Under the pieces are notes generated by a model. The model worked only from the letters and a program-made list of their open reading frames with translations, made no database searches and was not told the DNA's origin. From positions 2,400,001 to 2,432,000 of the forward strand of contig NZ_RSDW01000001.1 of the NCBI RefSeq assembly GCF_003945235.1: a stretch of 32,000 bases of DNA, written 5' to 3'. The number at the start of each line of letters is the position of its first letter. The first letter of the stretch is position 1. Positions 1 to 10,790 of this stretch are shown in pieces. A program made the translations under genes and the position numbers. This DNA is from Edaphobacter aggregans (GTDB taxonomy: Bacteria; Acidobacteriota; Terriglobia; Terriglobales; Acidobacteriaceae).

Positions 1-339
1 TCGGACGAAGGCGTATCCGTCGCGGTGCATGTCGATGCGTCCGGCTACGAGGCGGTCGCGGGTGACACGATGCTCTTGCGGGAGGTCGACGGCGTTGCGG
101 GGTGGGCGGGCGGTGCGTTCGGGAGCGGCTGAGGGGATGGCCCACTGCTCGCTTTCGGTTTTGACGAGGTCTCCGCGTGCGGTGATGCGGGCTAGTTGTT
201 CGAGAAGGAGGCGACGTTCACGGCCTCCGCCGAGGCCTAGTTCGCGGATGAGTTGCTTGTAGCCGGCGCGATGGCCGGCGGAGCGCTCGATGCGGCGGAT
301 GAGTTCACGGTCGCTTTGTGGGTATGGGTGGCCAGACAT
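1..339 (-). CDS. rnr: Ribonuclease R, N-terminal part (gene continues beyond window start)
   Basis: Not in the ORF track because there is no stop inside the window. My reverse-complement translation from the ATG at 339-337 stays open to position 1: MSGHPYPQSDRELIRRIERSAGHRAGYKQLIRELGLGGGRERRLLLEQLARITARGDLVKTESEQWAIPSAAPERTARPPRNAVDLPQEHRVTRDRLVAGRIDMHRDGYAFVR. It has a winged-helix-like N-terminus followed by the G.I..HRDGYGFV entry of the cold-shock/OB domain, as in E. coli RNase R (...GTVIGHRDGYGFLR). Confidence 0.7.
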   Translation of the reverse strand, partial: MSGHPYPQSDRELIRRIERSAGHRAGYKQLIRELGLGGGRERRLLLEQLARITARGDLVKTESEQWAIPSAAPERTARPPRNAVDLPQEHRVTRDRLVAGRIDMHRDGYAFVR

Positions 340-384
340 CTGTGAGAAGGATAGCGCGTCGAGGGTAAGGCTGGGTAAAGGCGG

Positions 385-531
385 GTTTCTCCGCTGCGCT
401 GCTCACGATGAAACTGTGAACAGCTTCGGTCGCAATGACGCTTTTTAGAGAGGGATAAGTAAAGGCAACAACAGAAGCAGATCCCTATGGGATGACAAGC
501 AAGAAAGGCAACAGCAACGGCAACGGCAACA
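385..531. repeat. Intergenic repeat element, copy A (CGCTGCTCACGATGA...GTGAAC...ATAAGTAAAGGCAACAACA... plus GATGAC-type sub-motifs)
   Basis: It shares an ordered set of motifs with the reverse complement of 13401-13500 (see findings). Internally it carries three xxATGAC/A sub-motifs (cacGATGAa, cgcAATGAC, gggATGAC) and a possible 9-bp imperfect hairpin, GCTGCTCAC/GTGAACAGC. It lies between the stop of the 533-1378 gene and the rnr start. Confidence 0.55.
507..530. repeat. Hexanucleotide microsatellite (R)GCAAC x4: GGCAAC AGCAAC GGCAAC GGCAAC
   Basis: Read directly from the sequence. It ends 2 nt before the stop codon (533-535) of the minus-strand gene. Confidence 0.85.
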
Positions 532-532
532 A

Positions 533-1378
533 TCAGCGTTGAGCGGCGAGGGCGGTGGGCTCTCCCTTGAGGATCGTGGCTGCTTGTTCGAGTGTGGTTG
601 CCGGAGGGGTGGGGCGGAAGTCGGTCTTTACTTCGTCTTCCTGCTCGTGGATGTTTTTGAAGAGGAGGACGTGGCCGTCTATGTGGATGTGGGACTCGGT
701 GATCTGCCAGACTTTCGGGGCGAGTTCGCGACGCTCGATGTTGAAGGTGCCACCCTGGTACATGCGGCCAAAGAGGCCATAGGCGAATTTGACGTCGTGG
801 ATGAGCTTGCCTTTGATGGACTGGATGCGATTCTGCGGCTTGCTGACGACGATTTCGCCTGCCATGGCGGCGAAGACGCGAGCCTCCATGGACGGTGCGG
901 TGAAATCAGGATCGGGAGTGAAGGCCAGGGTGACGGCGTCGGGGGCATCGCTCTTCACGGTCCAGAGGAAGGCGTCGGGCAGGAGACGCAACATGTTCTC
1001 GGCGCGCTTGTCGTCCTGCTCACCGTCTTTGCGCTGCTTGGCTTGCTGGGCGGGATCGTTGACGAAGGACTGGATGCGGGCGTCCTCGGCTCGAAGCTGA
1101 TCGGGGGTGAGGGGCTGGCCGTTCTGCTTCAGTTTTTTCTTTATAGAGCCGTGATCGGTTTCGACGACATGGAAAAGAAACTCTCCATCGGGGTTGCTGT
1201 AGAGGTCGCGGTAGCGCCAGCGGGAGTGATCATCGCGGTCGGCGGTAAGCTCGGTTTGTACGGCAGCGCGGACGATGGCCTGCGCGTGGGGATCCTGATG
1301 CTGCGCATAGAGAGAGATCGCAGGCAGGGAGAGTACAAGAGCAAAGACCAGGGAAACAAACCGCATGCATGCAGGCAT
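533..1378 (-). CDS. Secreted hypothetical protein (signal peptide ...LSLPAISLYAQ)
   Basis: ORF 533..1423 (-). I trimmed the start to the ATG at 1378 (MPACMRFVSLVFALVLSLPAISLYAQ), which has a GGAG 11 nt upstream; the ATG at 1366 is an alternative. The sequence is protein-like, with a hydrophobic N-terminal leader and an AQ cleavage-type end. I recognise no family. Confidence 0.7.
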   Translation of the reverse strand: MPACMRFVSLVFALVLSLPAISLYAQHQDPHAQAIVRAAVQTELTADRDDHSRWRYRDLYSNPDGEFLFHVVETDHGSIKKKLKQNGQPLTPDQLRAEDARIQSFVNDPAQQAKQRKDGEQDDKRAENMLRLLPDAFLWTVKSDAPDAVTLAFTPDPDFTAPSMEARVFAAMAGEIVVSKPQNRIQSIKGKLIHDVKFAYGLFGRMYQGGTFNIERRELAPKVWQITESHIHIDGHVLLFKNIHEQEDEVKTDFRPTPPATTLEQAATILKGEPTALAAQR

Positions 1379-1581
1379 CGTCTTTACGACTCCTGTATCG
1401 ATTAGACGCATTGTAGCGCGCACGCGTTCGCCGATGGCGTGGTTTCAAGGAGCTACGGGCGAAACGGTGCTGAATCTATATTTTGCGGGAACGCTGCGCC
1501 AACAAATGAGTGTCCTTCATAGCCTTTTCTGGCTGGGTTGTTCGCGATATAGAGGATTGATCTTTCTTCGGGTCCTTACGC

Positions 1582-1611
1582 AAAAAAGGCTGCGAGATTC
1601 GTCTCGCAGCC
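1582..1611 (-). terminator. Rho-independent terminator downstream of the 1644-2198 gene
   Basis: A perfect 10-bp stem GGCTGCGAGA (1588-1597) / TCTCGCAGCC (1602-1611) with loop TTCG. On the minus strand it is followed by TTTTTT (1582-1587). On the plus strand it is also followed by a T-rich tract (CTTCTGTTTT), so it may act in both directions. Confidence 0.65.
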
Positions 1612-1643
1612 CTTCTGTTTTGGATTTTGGTGGGGATTAGAAA

Positions 1644-2198
1644 TCAGGCCAGCGGAAGGTGCTTGTCCTGCGACTCGCGCAGGCTTTCCGCAATGCTCGC
1701 CGCCAACGCGGGGAGACCGAAGAGCGCGCCTGCCGTAATGGCGGTCGACATGACGTCATTGGCGTAGAACGGAATCGCCGCGACATAGCAAGCCGCAAGA
1801 CCGGCCAGCGAGTGCGGATACATGCCGCTGCCCGCCCAAACCATGAAATTGCTCAGGATGAAGAACGACGTTGAGGAGGCCAGAACAGCTCCGCCCACAC
1901 GCAGCATGGAGGGCTTGCCGCTCAGCATCTGGTGGCCGAGGAGGCAGATGGCCGCGTACCAGGCCCAGGTGACCAGGTAAGCGCTGGCGTGGAAGGCCGC
2001 GCCATAGACGTAGGTGGTCAGGTAGAAGTCGGTCGCCATCAGGGCGAGCACGGCGATGATCGTCTGCCAGCGGCTGCGGCGAGCGCCAAAGAACAGCAGG
2101 CCTCCGCCGACCGCGGTAAACCCTACGCTGGTCGTGGCGAATACATGCGGCAGGATGCGGCTGAGAATGGCGAGCAGAAGAACGAGATAAGCGATCAT
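1644..2198 (-). CDS. Polytopic membrane protein, DUF6580-like putative transporter component (family assignment tentative)
   Basis: ORF 1644..2216 (-), whose listed start is GTG. I prefer the ATG at 2198, preceded by GAGG with a 6-nt spacer. It has about 5-6 hydrophobic helices. The N-terminus MIAYLVLLLAILSRILPH...FTAVGGGLLFFGA resembles the ...SRLLPHPPNFTPIGAMALFGG signature I recall for DUF6580. Confidence 0.75.
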   Translation of the reverse strand: MIAYLVLLLAILSRILPHVFATTSVGFTAVGGGLLFFGARRSRWQTIIAVLALMATDFYLTTYVYGAAFHASAYLVTWAWYAAICLLGHQMLSGKPSMLRVGGAVLASSTSFFILSNFMVWAGSGMYPHSLAGLAACYVAAIPFYANDVMSTAITAGALFGLPALAASIAESLRESQDKHLPLA

Positions 2199-2231
2199 GG
2201 TGGGCCTCAATGTCACGGAAGCGCATTCAAA

Positions 2232-2243
2232 GAACGCGCGTTC
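2232..2243. promoter_or_regulatory. Perfect 12-bp palindrome GAACGCGCGTTC, about 34 bp upstream of the 2198 start (candidate operator)
   Basis: Read directly from the sequence. It lies in the 120-bp gap between two co-directional minus-strand genes. No cognate regulator is identified. Confidence 0.2.
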
Positions 2244-2318
2244 TATGATTCTCCGGCTTCAGAGCGGCGTGGTCAACCCATCCGTGCAATTTGGTTTCAC
2301 TGCGATCAACAGACAGGG

Positions 2319-3401
2319 CTACCGCTGGACGTGTCCGCCCATCGTCATGTGGTCCACGCGGCGGTCGGAATTGATGTAGACGACGCCCGAAAGCGGAGGG
2401 TCTTCGCGTCTTCCCTGCTGCAGCGGCGTGTCGTACATAAAGCGCAGATCGCGGAAGGTGACTGCTGTCAGGCCGTCTTCGTCTGTGGTGGTCTCGGTGA
2501 CCAGGGTGTACTTCGACCAGTCGAGGTAAACCCTGCCGAGCCAGCTACGTTTGGCGGCCAGAGTTGCCAATGTGGTCGGCGGCTTGTGGAAGAGGTCGGC
2601 CTGTGGGTCGGTCGCGATGGTGCCGTTGAGGGTGTCGGCGGAGGAGATCCGGTAGAACATTGGTGTCTCCGTTATGGTCTGCCAGCGGAAGGGATTGATG
2701 AAGTGAGGGTTCGCATCTACGCGGAGTACCTGCGCGCCGTTGTAGTCAGCCGTACGGGCTAGATCTAACGCCTTCTGGCGTTCGACCCATCGCCAGCCCC
2801 ATAGGGCAACGATCGCAGCTAACGCGAAGATGGCCCAGCCGCGCCCGCGATAAAGAGGCTTGCGGGCACCCACTTCGCTACCCACCAGCCCGAAGAGGGC
2901 AGGAGCCACCAGCGCTGCCAGCAGCAATACGAAGATCACCGGCTCGAACACAGACACAATCGAGCCCGAGTACCAGCGCGGATTGAATGGAAAGAACGGA
3001 CGGACACCGTAGTTGTTGGTCCAGTCGAGGAGGATGTGGCTGAGAAGGGCGATCAGCGAGAACACATAGAGACGGGACCAGTGGATTGGCGCTTCGGTGG
3101 ACGCCTTCCAGCTATGGGTGTTCTTCGTTCTTTCGCGCTTGAGCCGCCAGCGATGGATAAGCCAGACGACCCCAACGACAGCTCCCGCTTCGAGAGGCAG
3201 GCCGATGAAGGCGTGGGTCCATCCGCGATGATGCTCGAAGGCAGCGACAGGGCCTTTGAACAGCCACAGGACATCGAGATCGGGCGCCTCGGCTGCGAGC
3301 GTCATGGCCAACGTAGCGTAGGCCGCCTTGCGATTGAAGCCGGCGCGCCCCAGGCAGGCTCCGGTCATAAAGTGGGTTATCGGGTCCATGGCGTTCAGCA
3401 T
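2319..3401 (-). CDS. Membrane-bound metal-dependent hydrolase (YdjM/DUF457 family) with a C-terminal extracytoplasmic domain
   Basis: ORF 2319..3401 (-). The N-terminus M(LNAM)DPITHFMTGACLGRAGF and the histidine-rich TM region (FEHHRGWTHAF, LSHILLDW) are typical of DUF457. The start could be the ATG at 3401 or the one at 3389. Confidence 0.85.
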   Translation of the reverse strand: MLNAMDPITHFMTGACLGRAGFNRKAAYATLAMTLAAEAPDLDVLWLFKGPVAAFEHHRGWTHAFIGLPLEAGAVVGVVWLIHRWRLKRERTKNTHSWKASTEAPIHWSRLYVFSLIALLSHILLDWTNNYGVRPFFPFNPRWYSGSIVSVFEPVIFVLLLAALVAPALFGLVGSEVGARKPLYRGRGWAIFALAAIVALWGWRWVERQKALDLARTADYNGAQVLRVDANPHFINPFRWQTITETPMFYRISSADTLNGTIATDPQADLFHKPPTTLATLAAKRSWLGRVYLDWSKYTLVTETTTDEDGLTAVTFRDLRFMYDTPLQQGRREDPPLSGVVYINSDRRVDHMTMGGHVQR

Positions 3402-3432
3402 AGCTGACGTGGCATGGAATTATTCTGAATAT

Positions 3433-6028
<2,596 letters not shown>

Positions 6029-6035
6029 CCGCGAT

Positions 6036-8594
6036 TTAATGCAGTAGTAGATCGAGGCCTTTGCCTGTATCCGGCAACGTCAGGGTCACGGTGTTCTTCG
6101 CAACGGATGGAGTCAGCGATTTGCCGTTTGCGGTTGCTGTTGGCTTAGCGGCAGGTCTCCAACCGTAGACTTCGACAGCGATCTCTTTCCACCAAGGCTG
6201 GAAAGTTCCCTGATGCTCGCCGATGTGGATGTGCAGTTCACCATTTTTGATCTCGCAGGTGGATTCCACGCGGAGATACGCGTTGTTGCGATAGGCAAAG
6301 GAGATTCCGTCGTCCTGATACAGCGTTCCGTGGCAGTTTTCGCCGACGTAGACACGCAGCGTAAGAGGACCTTTCGGCGTTTCGACGGTGCTCTGAACCA
6401 GCGGTTGGATCGGTACGATGCTGCCACCGCGAACGTAGACAGGAAGTTCCTCTAGAGTTGGCTTAATGAGCAGTGGCATCGGTGTGGGTGCTGCGGTTGC
6501 TGGTGTCGCGATGGGTTGGCCTGCGCCGGCTGGCAGCTTCGGCTGTTCTGCGTCGCGGCTGATGATGTGGCCAGTGCGGTCGAGCTTATCGCCGGTCCAG
6601 TAGTCAAACCACTCGCCGGGCGGAAGCTGCAGATCGTACGCGTCGAGCTCGTCGGGATAAGGCGAAGGCGCGATGAGAAGATCGGGGCCGAACATATACT
6701 CGCCACCCGCGTCGAGGTCGATGGGGTGACCGTCCGGGGCCGCTGCCGGGAACTCGAGGAAGAGCGGGCGAACGATAGGCACGCCAGTGCGCGACATCTC
6801 CTCGGCGAGTGTGTAGAGATAGGGCATCAGGCGATACCGCTCGTTGATGTAGCGGCGGCGGATCTCCTCCTGCCGCGGCCCATGCACCCACGGCTCCTGA
6901 TCTGCCGTGCCCTTGGCAGTGTGGTCGCGGTCGATGGGCTGGAAGGTGGCGAGCTCAATCCACTTGGTCAGCAGATCGGGCTGGGGCGTTCCCGCGAAAC
7001 CTCCGACGTCTGCACCGCTCATGCCGAAACCGCTAAGGCCAAGGTTAAGCAGCATGGGTGTCGTCAGGCGAAGATGATTCCACGTGGAACTATTGTCTCC
7101 GGTCCAGGTTGCAGAGTAGCGCTGCCCCCCTGCGTAGGAGGCACGCGTCAGCACGAACGGTCGCTGATCCGGCTTGAGTTTCAGCAGGCCCTCATAGGTT
7201 CCCCGCGTGTTCTGCATGCCGAAAACATTATGTATTTCAAGATGAGTTGCGGTGCGCGACATGAATCCCGGCTCGTCGATGCGATGCTGCACGGTATCGG
7301 GCATCGTCTTGGTGGCGACCTTGAAGATCGCGGGCTCGTTCATATCGTTCCAGAAACCTGCAACGCCCTCCTTATAGAAGTCCTTGTACAAAGTTCCCCA
7401 CCATGCGCGGCTTTGTTGACGGGTGAAGTCGGGAAAAACTGCTGGCCCCGGCCATACCTCAGCTATATAAAGGGAACCGTCCGCATTCTTCACGAAGTGG
7501 TCGCCCGCCATGCCTGTGTCAAACGGCGCGTAACCTTGATCTGGAAGATAGGCGATGTGCAGATCTGTGATGGCGACGACGTGGAACTGCTTCCGCGCAA
7601 GTTCGTCGATCATTCCGGTGAAGTCTGGGAAGCGCGTCGTGTCGACCGTGAAGGGTCGATTGTTCTTCTGGTAGTCGATATCGAGGTAGAGCGCGTCAGC
7701 AGGAATCTTGTCGGTACGAAGCCGGTTGGCGATCTCCATCACGCGCGCCTGCGATTCGTAACTGTAGCGCGACTGTTGAAAGCCAAGCGACCATAGAGGC
7801 GGCAGAGGCGAAGGGCCTGTCAACCACGCATAGGTCTCGACGACTTGTTTGGGGGTAGGCCCGTAAAACAGGTAGTAGTCGATAGGGCCGTCGGGTGCGC
7901 CGAATGAGTAGGCGTCCACAAGCTCTTTGCCGAAGTCGAAGCTGCTGCGCCAGGTGTTGTCGAAGAGAACGCCGATGGCACGACCGCCGCTCATAGAGAT
8001 AAAGAAAGGAATGCTCTTGTAGATTGGGTCGGTCGATTCCTGATAGCCGAAGGTGTCCGTGTTCCAGTCTGTGAAGGCCATGCCGCGCCGATCGAGTGGG
8101 CCTACCTTGTCGCCCAAGCCGAAAAAGTGCTCATCGGGTTGCATCTGCTTGTAGAGGCGAAAGCTGTTTCCGTGATACTCCACTGGCCGGTAGTCCTGCT
8201 GGAGCAAATGACCAGCGAGATCTGTGACGCGCAGGGTGGCGGTGTGGCGGTCGACCGTAACGTGCAGGGCCGTGGTGCTGAACCCCACGGAATCAGCGTT
8301 CGACTCCTGCTGCACCGAGCTGGTTGCTGTTCGCGCTGCTGGCAGAACGGCCCATGAGGCATCTTCGGGAAGTGCTCCGCCGCGGCCAATACGCACTCTA
8401 AGAACATCCGGGCGAAGCGCCGTAATCTGCATCGCCGCACCACTGACCGTTAAGGTGAGCCCGTTCGGCAGTGGCGTCGCGTTCTCTACGGTGGACAGCG
8501 TAAGGGTCGTCTGGTCGGCGGCGAATGAATAGCCAAAGGCAGGGCACGCCACAAGAAGGCTGAACGGGAGCAGTAACTTGCGCCGGATATGCAT
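6036..8594 (-). CDS. Secreted glycoside hydrolase family 31 (alpha-glucosidase/alpha-xylosidase type)
   Basis: An 852-aa ORF with a signal peptide (MHIRRKLLLPFSLLVACPAFG). GH31 catalytic-region motifs are present: GFWNDMNEP and ...TWTGDNSSTW... . Confidence 0.93.
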   Translation of the reverse strand: MHIRRKLLLPFSLLVACPAFGYSFAADQTTLTLSTVENATPLPNGLTLTVSGAAMQITALRPDVLRVRIGRGGALPEDASWAVLPAARTATSSVQQESNADSVGFSTTALHVTVDRHTATLRVTDLAGHLLQQDYRPVEYHGNSFRLYKQMQPDEHFFGLGDKVGPLDRRGMAFTDWNTDTFGYQESTDPIYKSIPFFISMSGGRAIGVLFDNTWRSSFDFGKELVDAYSFGAPDGPIDYYLFYGPTPKQVVETYAWLTGPSPLPPLWSLGFQQSRYSYESQARVMEIANRLRTDKIPADALYLDIDYQKNNRPFTVDTTRFPDFTGMIDELARKQFHVVAITDLHIAYLPDQGYAPFDTGMAGDHFVKNADGSLYIAEVWPGPAVFPDFTRQQSRAWWGTLYKDFYKEGVAGFWNDMNEPAIFKVATKTMPDTVQHRIDEPGFMSRTATHLEIHNVFGMQNTRGTYEGLLKLKPDQRPFVLTRASYAGGQRYSATWTGDNSSTWNHLRLTTPMLLNLGLSGFGMSGADVGGFAGTPQPDLLTKWIELATFQPIDRDHTAKGTADQEPWVHGPRQEEIRRRYINERYRLMPYLYTLAEEMSRTGVPIVRPLFLEFPAAAPDGHPIDLDAGGEYMFGPDLLIAPSPYPDELDAYDLQLPPGEWFDYWTGDKLDRTGHIISRDAEQPKLPAGAGQPIATPATAAPTPMPLLIKPTLEELPVYVRGGSIVPIQPLVQSTVETPKGPLTLRVYVGENCHGTLYQDDGISFAYRNNAYLRVESTCEIKNGELHIHIGEHQGTFQPWWKEIAVEVYGWRPAAKPTATANGKSLTPSVAKNTVTLTLPDTGKGLDLLLH

Positions 8595-8775
8595 GGTGAA
8601 GAGATATCAGCTTGATGCGACAACGGGCAAGTGAGCGTAGGCTCGTTTTTCCGTCATATTGACGAACGTTTATTTTTAAAAGAGCCGAGAGTTCCGACGA
8701 TTCGGAAACAAGCATCGACGAAACTCCAAAATGACCTGTACTGCTCATGCTGATTCCACTGTAGGAGAATCGGGA

Positions 8776-9210
8776 ATGAATAAGATCGGTCTTCTATCGA
8801 GAGTGTTAGTTTCGGTTCCGCTTCTACTTCTGCTGCCGGCCGCTATAGCTCAGATGGATACTGCCCGCATTCAAGGCGCAGTCACGGATACGACTGGCGC
8901 GCCCATACCCGCCGCTGCTATCACTGTCACGAATTTGAAGACCGGCGCTCTCTTCAAGACCAGGTCCGATGGCACTGGCAATTTCACCGTCAGCGCTCTG
9001 CCAGTCGGCGACTATAAAGCTGACGTCCAGGTGGCTGGTTTTCAAAGCCAGGTGCAGAACTTCAGTCTGACCGTCTCGCAGGTCAAAACTATCAAGTTCA
9101 AGCTCGCGGCAGTGAGGCCTCCACGGCGATCGAGGCCACGGGCGCCCGCTCCGGTGGTCTATACAACGAGCTTCTCGACGGGCGCGGATCCGGCCGGAGG
9201 AATGGCCTAA
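8776..9210 (+). CDS. Carboxypeptidase-regulatory-like domain protein; probably a truncated, frameshifted remnant of a large TonB-dependent-receptor-type outer membrane protein
   Basis: The ATG at 8776 is preceded by AGGAG with an 8-nt spacer. A signal peptide (...LLLPAAIAQ) is followed by a typical CarboxypepD_reg domain (IQGAVTDTTGAPIPAAAITVTNLKTGALFKTRSDGTGNFTVSALPVGDYKADVQVAGFQ). The ORF ends after about 145 aa in an Arg/Pro-rich tail (VRPPRRSRPRAP) that looks out of frame. No plug or barrel follows. Confidence 0.6.
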   Translation: MNKIGLLSRVLVSVPLLLLLPAAIAQMDTARIQGAVTDTTGAPIPAAAITVTNLKTGALFKTRSDGTGNFTVSALPVGDYKADVQVAGFQSQVQNFSLTVSQVKTIKFKLAAVRPPRRSRPRAPAPVVYTTSFSTGADPAGGMA

Positions 9211-10790
9211 GCCGTCCGCTCGACCACGAGCATGGTGCGGTCATCGTGCGGCGGCACACCCTCGCAGAAACAATGCATGGAGGAGAAGACCGACTCGATT
9301 GGATTCGCGGCCACAAATTCCATTTCGAGTTTCCTCGAGCCGAACTGCACACCCGCGGGATTCTCGGCCTCGCTTACACCATCGCTCAACAGAACCAGCC
9401 GCGCCCCCACCGGCATAATGAGTGGAACCGAGTGGAAGGTGGCCGTTTCAAACAGTCCAATGGGCATGTCACCGTCGGTAATCTCCTCCATCTGTCCATT
9501 CATGCCGACGACAAAAGGACAGACATGGCCGCCATTCACTAACTCAACAGAACCTCCGTTGCGATAGTGCGCGGCCACCAGCGTTACATACTTCTGCCCC
9601 GAGACGCGTGCGCACAGGAAGGAGTTCACCGAATTCACCGTATCTACCAGGGACGCTCCACTCATGATCTGCGCATACATCATGCCCTGGATGATTGAGG
9701 CGAGCAGCGCCGCCGACATGCCCTTACCCGAGACGTCGGCGACGATCGCGACGAATCCGTCCTTGACGGGGATGACGTCATAGAAGTCTCCACCGACCTC
9801 TGTGCATGGCACAGACCTCGCCATCACCTTCGCGTACTGGAAGTCGGGCAGTTCACGCGCCATGATGCTCTGCTGGATCGACGCCGCGATCTCCATCTCC
9901 TTACGGAGCAATTCAGCGTCCCGTTCCGCCTGCATCATCCGCGCGTTCTCGACAAGGTTTGCGGCTTCGGACGCGATCGCCTGCAGGATGTCGCGCCCTA
10001 CTCGATTCAGTGTGCTCGTCCGCAGCCGGCTATCGAGGTACAACAGTCCCAGCAGTCGTTCAGAACTTCTCCCCCGCAACGGAATTGCAATCACGCTGCG
10101 CAGTTCATGAGCCACCATGCTCTCGCGCCCAACAACGTGGCCGTCGCCACTGACATCTCCGACGATGTACTCCTGCCCTGACTCGGCTGCATCTCTCACA
10201 ATCGAGTGTGAGATCTTCGAGTCGTCCATCAACGGCAACCCTTCGTTGTTCAATCCGCATTCCAGACGAAGCGTAGCCAGACTGTCACCCAGAAACACAA
10301 ATCCCCGCTCGGCACCTGTCAGCCGCAGGGTATATTCCACCATCGTGTTCAATACTTCGTTCAGTACGCGTGTGTTGTTGAAGCTTTGCGCCGCCTGGAG
10401 AAACAGCGACAGTTTCTCCAGTTGGGAACCCGCTGACTCGCCCGCGATGCGGCTCAACAACACGCGGGTCGAAGTGTGATCCTGTGCGACGACAAACACC
10501 AGAACCACGTTGGAAGCGCCTGGCTGGATCCGGTCGCCCGATTGCAGTTGCGCCATCTCGATCTTCAGGCCGTTGACCAGCGTGCCATGGCGGCTTCCTA
10601 AATCCCGGATTACAAAGCCATCGCCATCACGTTCGATGACGGCATGCTGTCGCGAGACCTGTGGATTCAGCAACGAGAGATCACGATCCGCTTGCCTGCC
10701 GATCGTGAAAGGAAATGTCTCGATCGGCACAGTCCTGCTTTGGTCGCCATCCTGAACCAAAACCCGTGCAGTATGTTTTGCAGTCTCCAA
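9207..10790 (-). CDS. FHA domain - GAF domain - PP2C/SpoIIE-family serine/threonine phosphatase
   Basis: ORF 9207..11204 (-). FHA: FPFTIGRQADRDLSLLNPQVSRQHAVIERDGDGFVIRDLGSRHGTLVNG. GAF-like: LNEVLNTMVEYTLRLTGAERGFVFLGD...AIPL. SpoIIE/PP2C: ASIQQSIMARELP...VGGDFYDVIP...IVADVSGKGMSAALLAS...DGVSEA...HDDRTMLVVE. My preferred start is the TTG at 10790 (METAKHTARVLVQDGDQSRTVPIE), preceded by GAGGGG. The GTG at 10868 and the ATG at 11066 are alternatives, but that upstream part looks non-coding. Confidence 0.88.
   Translation of the reverse strand: METAKHTARVLVQDGDQSRTVPIETFPFTIGRQADRDLSLLNPQVSRQHAVIERDGDGFVIRDLGSRHGTLVNGLKIEMAQLQSGDRIQPGASNVVLVFVVAQDHTSTRVLLSRIAGESAGSQLEKLSLFLQAAQSFNNTRVLNEVLNTMVEYTLRLTGAERGFVFLGDSLATLRLECGLNNEGLPLMDDSKISHSIVRDAAESGQEYIVGDVSGDGHVVGRESMVAHELRSVIAIPLRGRSSERLLGLLYLDSRLRTSTLNRVGRDILQAIASEAANLVENARMMQAERDAELLRKEMEIAASIQQSIMARELPDFQYAKVMARSVPCTEVGGDFYDVIPVKDGFVAIVADVSGKGMSAALLASIIQGMMYAQIMSGASLVDTVNSVNSFLCARVSGQKYVTLVAAHYRNGGSVELVNGGHVCPFVVGMNGQMEEITDGDMPIGLFETATFHSVPLIMPVGARLVLLSDGVSEAENPAGVQFGSRKLEMEFVAANPIESVFSSMHCFCEGVPPHDDRTMLVVERTA

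Noticed and set aside
539-1405. A 288-aa + strand ORF opposite the secreted hypothetical gene. Similar long antisense ORFs occur at 6516..7796(+), 4649..5257(-), 11546..12064(-), 12146..13054(-), 21479..22201(-) and 27018..27698(-).
   Set aside because: All lie inside and antisense to genes with strong homology signals. They have Gly/Arg/Asp/Val-rich shadow-frame composition and no motifs, which are typical high-GC artefacts.
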